Both the position numbers and the translations under genes were made by a program. Below, piece by piece: positions 9,919-17,968 of a DNA stretch of 32,000 bases; position 1 is the stretch's first letter, and the number at the start of each line of letters is the position of its first letter. Under the pieces are notes generated by a model. It saw only the letters and a program-made list of their open reading frames with translations. It was not told the origin of the DNA and made no database searches. This stretch comes from Desulfobulbus propionicus DSM 2032 (GTDB lineage Bacteria; Desulfobacterota; Desulfobulbia; Desulfobulbales; Desulfobulbaceae), in NCBI RefSeq assembly GCF_000186885.1, contig NC_014972.1:1620001-1652000 (forward strand). Reading direction: 5' to 3'.

Positions 9919-10962
9919 ATGGCAACGATTACGAGGATCGATAGAAAATACGGACCAGTGTTTCGCGCAGCAATTTGCGTCAAGGGGAGACGGGAAACCG
10001 CGACTTTTGATAGCAAAGCAAAAGCCATGACCTGGGCCGAGGAGACAGAAGCGCTCCTTCGTGCAGGACAACCATTACCCGGTGAACTACCCGCCAATGA
10101 CCTCAGATTGAATGAGGCAGTCGAAAAATACACCATGGCGGTTGCGCCGAGGAAAAAACGCAACACCCAACGGCTGGACCAGGAAATTGGTGGCCGGCTC
10201 ATTCGCTACTTTGATGGCAAGTCCTTGCAGACCATCACCTCAAAAGACATTGCTGCCTACCGCGATTACCGGTTGCAGCAAGTGGGTCCCAGCTCGGTTA
10301 TCCAGGATTTATCCTTTCTGTCCTGCATGTATCGCATGGCCAGGATTGAATGGGGGCTGGATGTCAATGATCCGGGCGCTGAAATTCGACGTCCCTCTGC
10401 TCCCAAAAACAGACTCTCCTTGCTCACCCCGAAGCAAATCGACACCCTGCTCGACTACTGCTGCGTTTCCAAATCCGAAAAACTCTACTGCTACGTCCTC
10501 CTGCTCCTCCATACGGCCATGCGCCCTTCAGAAGGCGCGGGCCTGCGTTGGGACCAGGTTTTGATTGGGCAAGGGATGATCGATCTCACAGAGACCAAAA
10601 CGGACCCAAGACGCGTTCCGATGACGAGAACCATCAGGAAGATGTTCGAAAGGATGAGGGTAGCTGGAGAGGGTGAAAATGGCTTCGTATTCCTGCCGCC
10701 TGGTAAAGGGTACCGTGATCAGCCCCATCGTTATTTTCGGCGCTCCTTTGACAACGCCTGCCGATATGCGGGGATCTGTAATTTTACCCTCTACGGATTG
10801 CGTCATTCGGCGGCAAGTTATTTGATCATGAACGGAGTCGACATTCGAACCGTTGCCGAAATCATGGGACATCGAAATATTAGCCAGACTATGAAATATA
10901 CACACTTCCTCGATGATCATAAGTTGAGCGCAATCGGTGCGATTGATAATCTAGGGCGGTAA
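9919..10962 (+). CDS. tyrosine recombinase / site-specific integrase
   Basis: HTAMRPSEGAGLRWDQV ... FTLYGLRHSAASYLIMNGVDIRTVAEIMGHRNISQTMKYTHF (R...HxxR...GH...Y catalytic motifs). ATG at 9919 preferred over the upstream start at 9853. Confidence 0.93.
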   Translation: MATITRIDRKYGPVFRAAICVKGRRETATFDSKAKAMTWAEETEALLRAGQPLPGELPANDLRLNEAVEKYTMAVAPRKKRNTQRLDQEIGGRLIRYFDGKSLQTITSKDIAAYRDYRLQQVGPSSVIQDLSFLSCMYRMARIEWGLDVNDPGAEIRRPSAPKNRLSLLTPKQIDTLLDYCCVSKSEKLYCYVLLLLHTAMRPSEGAGLRWDQVLIGQGMIDLTETKTDPRRVPMTRTIRKMFERMRVAGEGENGFVFLPPGKGYRDQPHRYFRRSFDNACRYAGICNFTLYGLRHSAASYLIMNGVDIRTVAEIMGHRNISQTMKYTHFLDDHKLSAIGAIDNLGR

Positions 10963-11018
10963 AGAAGAACGTTTTTTTGTGGACGGACTCTTGGGTAGGC
11001 GCTTGGAAAGATAAATTA

Positions 11019-12564
11019 CTCAAGTTTCGGAGTTGCTCTAACTTTCCGTTATTAGGTTTGTACTGTGCGCCAATCTCTTTCCCGTTTGCAGTATATCAAC
11101 GGCAAAGCCCATGACTGCATCAACAATGGCAAGCACTGCATCTTCGGCGATGATGCCGGCACCCCTGGCTTTGTCTAAGGCCAGGCTGAGCAGCCGCTGC
11201 ATGGCCTCAACCAAGCTCAGGTCCTGCTGCTCTTCGCTGCAGGCGTAAAAGAGCGAGCCAAGGGTGCGGGGATCGTCATGGCAGCGTTGCTCAAAAGCCA
11301 GGAAAACATAGCGACTCATGACAATGGTAACATGGCCGATGATACCGTCGAAATCCCGCAGTTGGGTCTCCCGCTCGAGGTTGAGGTAATGTTTCATCAT
11401 CTTGAAAAATACCTCGATATCCCACCGTTTGCCGTAGATGCGGACGATTTCCTCATCCGCAAGGTCGACCTTGGTGGAGAGGATGGCCAGCCACTGGCGT
11501 TTATGACGATGACGGACAAACACGATCCTGACCTTCTGTTCCTTTTTGGCTTCCACCGCCACACTGGCCAGAATCCTGGCCTTACCCGGCCGCTTTTTCA
11601 ATGCGGCAAACAACCTGCCCAACGTCAGCCATTGCCCTTGATGCCGGTAAAAAACCTTCGGCATATCCTTCCCATGCAGATCACCGGCAGATGCTTGCCC
11701 AAGGTGGCGAGGAGGGCTGGGAAAGCAAACCAACTGTCCATCAGGAGGTAGTCGGCCCGGATACCCAGTGCCAGCGCCCGTTTCACCATGGATTCCAGGT
11801 GCTCGGTGGATTTGGTCATGGCCTCCACTCTGCGTTTGTAGCCGCAGTACCGCTTGTCCATCTCTTTCTTGATCCCCTGCAATCGCTTGCTTGCCTCGGA
11901 GGCGGAACAGAGAATGAAATCAAGCGGCAGGAAACTTACTCCATCCGACCAGCCCAGGGTCATGAGCTTGAACCCTTTCAAGCTGCGGTTGGCGTTGTGG
12001 TCATGCACCCAGGCGAGCAATTCGACCACTTTGGAGCGGGACCGGTCATAGGTGCTGTCATCGATGATCAGCACCTTCTCACGTTGCTCGCTGGTCAGTA
12101 CGTCCATGAACCGAACCACCACGGTTACCAATCCCAGCAGAAATTTCCGCCAGTTATACCGGGGATTCTTCAAGAACTCGTAGGCGGCATCCTTCTGGAA
12201 TCTCAGTTCCGGGTTGTTCACGATCCCGCGAGAGAAATTGACCCCGCTAAACGGCAAGGAGAAGATGGCGGCGAACACCGCCAGCGGTTTTGCCCCTCGC
12301 AATTTGCGGATGCCGCTGCCACCCAACAGGGTGCCAACCCTGAAATCCTCCAGAAAGGAGGAAATCCGGTTTTGCAGTCGTTTTGCCTCTTGTTGCTCCT
12401 GATAGTATTGGGTATGGTTCATCTCAGCCTTTTCTTTTTGATATCATTAGGTATTTTCGCAAATCCAATGTATCAGAAAGCAAAAGGCTTTTCACATTAA
12501 AATGTTATTATTTCAAGAGGTTAATGTCGGATCTTCTTTGGCAAGGCCAACCCCGAAACTTGAG
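11019..12564 (-). mobile_element. IS-B copy A: IS4-type insertion element, 1,546 bp, terminal CTCAAGTTTC / GAAACTTGAG
   Basis: Terminal inverted repeats at 11019-11028 and 12555-12564; encloses an interrupted DDE transposase with a YREK signature (YGKRWDIEVFFKMMK). Near-identical over much of its length to 13550-15100 in inverse orientation. Confidence 0.88.
11038..12422 (-). pseudogene. frameshifted IS4-type transposase (IS-B copy A)
   Basis: Two minus-strand ORFs (11625-12422 and 11038-11733) overlap in different frames. The break is near ...HLPVICMG/RICRR... where copy B reads ATGGGTAAGGAC and this copy reads ATGGGAAGGATA. Confidence 0.85.
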
Positions 12565-13437
12565 ATTTGAAAAACAATTCGATCTGCCAGCGCTCTTTGT
12601 AGATTTGGGTGATCTCCTTGGCTTTCAGGTGGTGGGCGTTGGTGACAAACCGATACTCGATGCCGGTCGCCGGGTCGGTATAAGCGACCAGACGCAACGG
12701 CTGCTCAACCCCTTTGAGCCGGATGGTCTGATCGTTGGTGATCCCAGCGCTCCTTCGCCCGGCCCGTTTAAGCAGGTATTGGACATCGGCATTGCTTTTC
12801 AGCCGCGAAACAAAGAAAACGGCGTTAGCGGTCAGGTCGCTGTGCCAGCGGTAATCGGTGAAGCCGCGATCAATGCAGACAAAGGAGCCCTTGGGGAGTT
12901 GCAGGGTCCTGGCCCAGTTGATCTCGTGTTCCTTCCCCTTGGTCATGTCCATGAAGACCGGAAGATGCCCATCGGCATCCAGGCCGACATGCAGTTTGAT
13001 GGCTCCCTTTTTCTGCCTGAATTCGGCCCAGGGAAAGGCGGCGAGGCAAAGGTTGATCACCGTGGCATCAAGCAGGTACAGCTTGCCTTTGAAGGAGAAG
13101 CGGTGTTTGGGCGCTACCAGTTGGCACCTGTCCAGCAGCTTGGCGAACAGTGCTTGAGAGCAGCGGGTTGCTCTGCGTTGACCCGAGCCAAGGTTGCTTT
13201 AGTGGTTCGCTTCATACCAAGATGATAGAGCCGCTTGCCCTGTGCCATGAGATTATCGGTGATATCCCGGAGGCTTTTTCTGCCGGAAAGCTGGCCGATC
13301 AGCATGGCTAGGAATTGACTCCAGCGGTTGTAGGAACGGAAATTCTGTCCCGCGTGATGCAGTTGAGCCAGTGTGTCAAATTCATATCTTGGGACAAGTG
13401 TAAGCAATTGCTTGAGGACGGTATCGCTATAGGCCAT
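12565..13437 (-). pseudogene. IS-A transposase, N-terminal and central part, frameshifted and truncated
   Basis: MAYSDTVLKQLLTLVPRYEFDTLAQLHHAGQNFRSYNRWSQFLAMLIGQLSGRKSLRDITDNL... (13114-13437), then INLCLAAFPWAEFRQKKGAIKLHVGLDADGHLPVFMDMTKGKEHEINWARTL...YKERWQIELFFK in another frame. Confidence 0.85.
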
Positions 13438-13538
13438 GGCTCGGATCTCCTTGGTTTGTATGATCTTTATGCAAAATCATTATACCGCCAAGCAGCTCTC
13501 CGAGCCTCCTTATCTTCATTTTTTATGAGACAGCAGTG
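12565..13538 (-). mobile_element. IS-A, 5' portion: a second, distinct IS4-type element split and inverted relative to its 3' part
   Basis: Outer terminal repeat TTTATGAGACAGCAGTG at 13522-13538; transposase fragment breaks off exactly at the IS-B end after ...YKERWQIELFFK. Confidence 0.85.
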
Positions 13539-13549
13539 ATTCATAATAA

Positions 13550-15100
13550 CTCAAGTTTCGGGGTTGGCCTTGCCAAAGAAGATCCGACATTAACCTCTTG
13601 AAATAATAACATTTTAATGTGAAAAGCCTTTTGCTTTCTGATACATTGGATTTGCGAAAATACCTAATGATATCAAAAAGAAAAGGCTTAAATGAACCAT
13701 ACCCAAAACTACCAGGAGCAACAAGAGGCAAAACGACTGCAGAACCGGATTTCTTCCTTTCTGGACGATTTCAAGGCCGCCACCCTGCTGGCTGGCAGCG
13801 GCATCCGCAAATTGCGAGGGACAAAACCGCTGGCAGTGTTCGCCACCATCTTCTCCTTGCCATTTCATGGGGCCAACTTCTCCCGGGGTATCGTCAATAA
13901 TACGGAGTTGGCATTCCGCAAGGATGCCGCCTACGAGTTCTTGAAGAATCCCCGGTATAACTGGCGGAAATTTCTGCTGGGATTGGTAACCGTGGTGGTT
14001 CGGTTCATGGAGGTGCTGACCAGCGAGCAACGTGAGAAGGTGCTGATCATCGATGACAGCACCTATGACCGGTCCCGCTCCAAAGTGGTCGAATTGCTCG
14101 CCTGGGTGCATGACCACAACGCCAACCGCAGTTTGAAAGGATTCAAGCTCATGACCTTGGGCTGGTCGGATGGAGTGAGCTTCCTGCCGCTTGATTTCAT
14201 CCTCTGCTCCGCCTCCGAGGCAAGCAAGCGGCTGCAGGGGATAAGGAAAGAGATGGACAAGCGGTACTGCGGCTACAAACGCAGAGTGGAAGCCATGGCC
14301 AAATCCACGGAGCACCTGGAATCCATGGTAAAGCGGGTGTTGACGTTGGGCATCCGGGCCGACTACCATCCTGATGGACAGTTGGTTTGCCTTCCCAGCC
14401 CTGCTTGCCACCCTGGGCAAACATCTGCCGGTGATTTGCATGGGTAAGGACATGCCGAAGGTCTTTTACCGCCATCAAGGGCAATAATGGTTGAGGCTGG
14501 GGCGGCTCTTCGCCAAGCTGAAAAAGCGGCGAGGCAAGGCCAGGATTCTGGCCAGCGTGGTGGTCGAAACCAAAAAGGAACAGAAGATCAGGATCGTCTT
14601 TGTCCGCCATCACCACAAACGCCAGTGGCTGGCCATCCTCTCGACCAAGATTGATCTGGCCGACGGGGAAATCATCCGCATCTACGGCAAACGGTGGGAT
14701 ATCGAGGTGTTCTTCAAGATGATGAAACACTACCTCAACCTCGAACGGGAGACCCAACTGCGGGATTTTGATGGCATCATCGGCCATATCACCATTGTGA
14801 TGAGCCGCTATGTCTTTCTGGCTTTCGAGCAGCGTTGCCATGATGATCCCCGTACCCTTGGCTCGCTCTTTTACGCCTGCAGCGAAGAGCAGCAGGACTT
14901 GAGTCTGGTTGAGGCGCTGCAGCGGCTGCTCAATCTGGCCTTGAGCAAAGTCAGGGCTGCCGGTGTCATAGCCGAAGATGCAATGCTTGCTATTGTTGAT
15001 GCAGTCATGGGCTTTGCCGTTGATATGCTGCAAACGGGAAAGAGATCAATGCAGATTAGAAACACAATAACAACAAATTAAAACAACTCAGAAACTTGAG
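13550..15100 (+). mobile_element. IS-B copy B: IS4-type element, 1,551 bp
   Basis: CTCAAGTTTC at 13550-13559 and GAAACTTGAG at 15091-15100; transposase ORFs homologous to copy A. Confidence 0.88.
13692..15081 (+). pseudogene. IS4-type transposase (IS-B copy B), disrupted
   Basis: ORFs 13692-14447 and 14491-15081. Extra base at GACTACCATCC (copy A: GACTACCTCC), plus an altered GGGCAATAATGG that introduces a stop where copy A reads GGGCAATGG. Confidence 0.85.
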
Positions 15101-15376
15101 TCAAATGGATCAAGCAAAACCTGAAGATCAAGACTTTCCTCGGCACCACAAGCAACGCGGTGTTGACCCAGGTTTGGATTGCCCTCTGTGTCTACCTCAT
15201 GCTGGCTTACCTGAAATTCAAAGCCAAATTAGGCAGTTCCATGCAACAGATACTTCGCCTACTACAACTCAACCTCTTCGCGAGAAGAGATTTGATCGAA
15301 TTGTTTAAACCGCCATCAACTCAAACGACTGTTTCTCCACAAATTTTACTGTGGAGAAATTTATGAGACAGCAGTG
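15101..15376 (+). mobile_element. IS-A, 3' portion with terminal inverted repeat
   Basis: Frame 15103-15366 reads KWIKQNLKIKTFLGTTSNAVLTQVWIALCVYLMLAYLKFKAKLGSSMQQ...; TTTATGAGACAGCAGTG at 15360-15376 mirrors 13522-13538. Confidence 0.85.
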
Positions 15377-15387
15377 AAAGGCCCTTC

Positions 15388-15413
15388 AAAGTCGAAAACA
15401 GTTTTTCGACTTT
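15388..15413. repeat. 26-nt perfect inverted repeat (11-bp arms, 4-nt loop)
   Basis: AAAGTCGAAAA-CAGT-TTTTCGACTTT. Confidence 0.8.
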
Positions 15414-15592
15414 CTCACCTTCCGCATTCTCCACCATCTCTTTTTTCCTTATCAGGAACCTGCTCACCTGGATTGAATCGCTTTTTGTTTAAGATGGCCG
15501 AACCCGGTCCGAAAAGAACTATTGAATACGTAAAGTTCTGTTAACGAAGGATCAACATACCAACCCGGAATCAGCAACCTCAAGGAGCAACG

Positions 15593-16120
15593 ATGCAGGT
15601 CGGTAACGCCATCACTCCCGCCACGATATTTTTCCGAAACAACACCTCCGTCAAAGCGACGCCGTTTGAACCGGAGCAATCTCCCGTCCTCAAAGAACAG
15701 GATTTTCCTCTTCAGAAGGCACCTGACGAGAGGTCGGCATCCGATTTACGCAATCTGCTTTCCATGCCCGGCATCAACGAATACCAGAGCCAGCTCGAAA
15801 AGCAGGGGCAGATGGAACAATCCATGGTGATCAGCAAGGGCGGCCAAGTGGTAGGGGCCGTCGGCCGAAATGGCGGGACGATGTTTCAGGAGTCTTCCAT
15901 CCAGGGGTTGTGGCAGAGAGCGAACAGCAACCCGGCCGGCTTTGCCCAACTGCTCAGGCAGCAGGGGTATGAAGTGGAGACTTATCGACCGGGTGCTGGC
16001 CCCAGATATGCCGAGGTCCATGAAATGATCCACCACGAGAGCTATGAAACGCTAATAGCCCGGCAGTCGGTTGAGTACTGCCGGGAGCTTTCCATCTGGT
16101 CGGGTTGCTCTGCCTACTGA
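15593..16120 (+). CDS. hypothetical protein
   Basis: 175-aa ORF with AAGGAGCAACG upstream of ATG 15593; no family recognised. Confidence 0.6.
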   Translation: MQVGNAITPATIFFRNNTSVKATPFEPEQSPVLKEQDFPLQKAPDERSASDLRNLLSMPGINEYQSQLEKQGQMEQSMVISKGGQVVGAVGRNGGTMFQESSIQGLWQRANSNPAGFAQLLRQQGYEVETYRPGAGPRYAEVHEMIHHESYETLIARQSVEYCRELSIWSGCSAY

Positions 16121-16184
16121 GTTGGAGGCGTTGGGACCAATCCGGTCTGGTTTTTCCATTTACCCAAGGGAGAGCACGAAATCC

Positions 16185-16412
16185 TCAGGCGGCTTGCTGG
16201 CTTTTCGCGGCGGCAAGAAATTTGCCGAATTTGACGTCGATCCCCTGGATGTGTGACAGCAGCCAACTATTCAAGAAGGCCAGCAGCTCGAAGGAAACCC
16301 GTTGGTTGCAACAGGAAAAGCCCGCCTGCAGTTCCTTGAGGCGTTTGACGAACTGATCATGCAGGACCTTGTGGCTTTCATACTCAGGGTAATGCCAATC
16401 CTGCATCAAGGA
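16185..16412 (-). pseudogene. C-terminal fragment of a bacteriohemerythrin-like protein
   Basis: Reverse-strand ...MQDWHYPEYESHKVLHDQFVKRLKELQAG...VSFELLAFLNSWLLSHIQGIDVKFGKFLAAAK: the YPEYxxHxxxHxxF and WLxxHIxxxDxxF/Y spacing is hemerythrin-like. N-terminus replaced by IS sequence. Confidence 0.6.
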
Positions 16413-16572
16413 GCAGAAGGTCAAAATCGTCTTTGTCCGCCATCGCCACAAACGCCAGAGGTTGGCCGTCCTCTCGACCAAGATTGACCTCGCCGACGAA
16501 GAAATTGTCCGCATCTACGGCAAACGGTGGGATATTAACGGCAAGTTGGAGCAAGCAAGTCAGAAACTTGAG
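16413..16572 (+). mobile_element. internally deleted remnant of IS-B
   Basis: CAGAAGGTCAAAATCGTCTTTGTCCGCCATCGCCACAAACGCC...ATCTACGGCAAACGGTGGGATAT matches the IS-B transposase; ends in GAAACTTGAG (16563-16572), the IS-B terminal repeat. Confidence 0.8.
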
Positions 16573-16599
16573 TTAACTATTTATCCACCTGTTAAGCAA

Positions 16600-16691
16600 C
16601 TGTTCGACTATTGCTGCGTTTCCAAATCCGAGAAACTCTACGGCTACGTCCTCCTGCTCCTGCACACGGCCATACGCTCTTCAGAAGGTGC
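16600..16691 (+). pseudogene. fragment of tyrosine recombinase gene
   Basis: TTCGACTATTGCTGCGTTTCCAAATCCGAGAAACTCTACGGCTACGTCCTCCTGCTCCTGCACACGGCCATACGCTCTTCAGAAGG closely matches about 10447-10539 of the integrase; encodes FDYCCVSKSEKLYGYVLLLLHTAIRSSEGA. Confidence 0.85.
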
Positions 16692-16890
16692 TGCCATCAT
16701 CCAGGTGGAGAACAAAGTCTGTGTCATTTTTTCTCAGTTGGGGGGGTAATGATTTCAATGCCTACACGGCAAAACGCTGTTTTTTCGAATATAAAATGAA
16801 AAAACTCTCTTGACTTCATATTTGTAATCGAAGAGACTTGTCAAGGTCGCCTGCTTACAACACTTACCTCAACCGAATTTGCTTCCTCCC

Positions 16891-17931
16891 ATGTCTAATC
16901 GTCACCATATTTTTTCGTTTACCGTCGCGTTGATCGTCCTGGTCAACATATCACCTGCCATCGGCGCAACCACGGAACCACAAACCAAACAGTTTGTCCA
17001 GCTCCTGCCCAAACCAGGCAAACAGGACACGAAAAATGCCCCGCTCCAACTCAACATCAAGAATGGTAAGAACGGCGTTCTCCTCGCCATTACCTTCGCC
17101 GGAGAAAAAATCACCCTTGAGAAAGGCGCGCAACCTGCTCCTCCTGGGGGTATGTACACTGTCTCGCTCGACGGCTCCATGGTACTGCAGGAAACCTTTA
17201 GCGAACCAACCCTGCACATCGAAAAACCATTGCCCATGCAAACTCTGGGGAACGGTGATCATGTTGTGCGCTGCGAGGTACACTACTCCATCGGCAAGAC
17301 CTATGAGGCAGAACTCCCCTTCAGTTTCGATGCAACGCCGATCATCACCCTGGAAAAACCTGGTTCTAAATCACCTGTACCCGATCCTTTGGTGGGCTTC
17401 CAATTTTACAACGAAAAGCAAGAGGTCGTCGGCTTTCTCGATGTCGCTGTGGATGAAAGATCGCTTGGGGTAACGCAAATCACCTCTCAGGCCAATGGTG
17501 AGAAGAAACCGCTGTCGCAATGGACGGGCAAGCCGATCTCCATCGCGGAACTCCCTCCAGGACAGCATCTGATCAGATTAACAGCCACGGGAACCAATGG
17601 CGGCGAAAGCGTCCAATTTGTTCCTTTCGAGGTGGAAGCCTTGCCGATGCTCAATGTGGACAAAAACAAGGAAGGAGCCATGGAAAGCATCAAAGCCACT
17701 TTTCTTCAGGCCAGCAGTGCCTACTCCGGCTCGGTGGAGATTTTCTACCAACATGGCGTCATCCTGTCTCTTCAAAGCAAAGAACCATCTGTGCTCATCA
17801 AAAAAAGCGACATAGTGCAGGCGTTTGCACAGCACAAACTGTCACTTCCTACCAAACCGGTCCCCCTGGTTGTGGGGCTTCGCTCCGCCAACAATACGGA
17901 GAACTGGCAGACAATCCTGTTTTTGCCGTAA
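16891..17931 (+). CDS. predicted secreted protein of unknown function, first gene of putative RHS operon
   Basis: Signal-like N-terminus MSNRHHIFSFTVALIVLVNISPAIGA; rest looks beta-rich. Start uncertain (upstream TTG at 16879; no clear SD). Confidence 0.72.
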   Translation: MSNRHHIFSFTVALIVLVNISPAIGATTEPQTKQFVQLLPKPGKQDTKNAPLQLNIKNGKNGVLLAITFAGEKITLEKGAQPAPPGGMYTVSLDGSMVLQETFSEPTLHIEKPLPMQTLGNGDHVVRCEVHYSIGKTYEAELPFSFDATPIITLEKPGSKSPVPDPLVGFQFYNEKQEVVGFLDVAVDERSLGVTQITSQANGEKKPLSQWTGKPISIAELPPGQHLIRLTATGTNGGESVQFVPFEVEALPMLNVDKNKEGAMESIKATFLQASSAYSGSVEIFYQHGVILSLQSKEPSVLIKKSDIVQAFAQHKLSLPTKPVPLVVGLRSANNTENWQTILFLP

Positions 17932-17968
17932 CTCTTTCTCACCTTTCTTTTCAAGCAAGGAAAACCGA

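Noticed and set aside
11010-11018. Target-site duplication for IS-B copy A outer flank
   Set aside because: After undoing the inversion the flanking 6-mers are AAATTA and TTATTA, matching at 4 of 6 positions; not convincing, unlike the TCAAAT pair of the other copy.
11601-12500. 299-aa plus-strand ORF (and similar minus ORF 13614-14453)
   Set aside because: Both are antisense to the IS-B transposases; their mutual similarity simply reflects the duplicated IS.
12383-13225. 280-aa plus-strand ORF
   Set aside because: Antisense to the IS-A transposase and spans the IS-B/IS-A junction.
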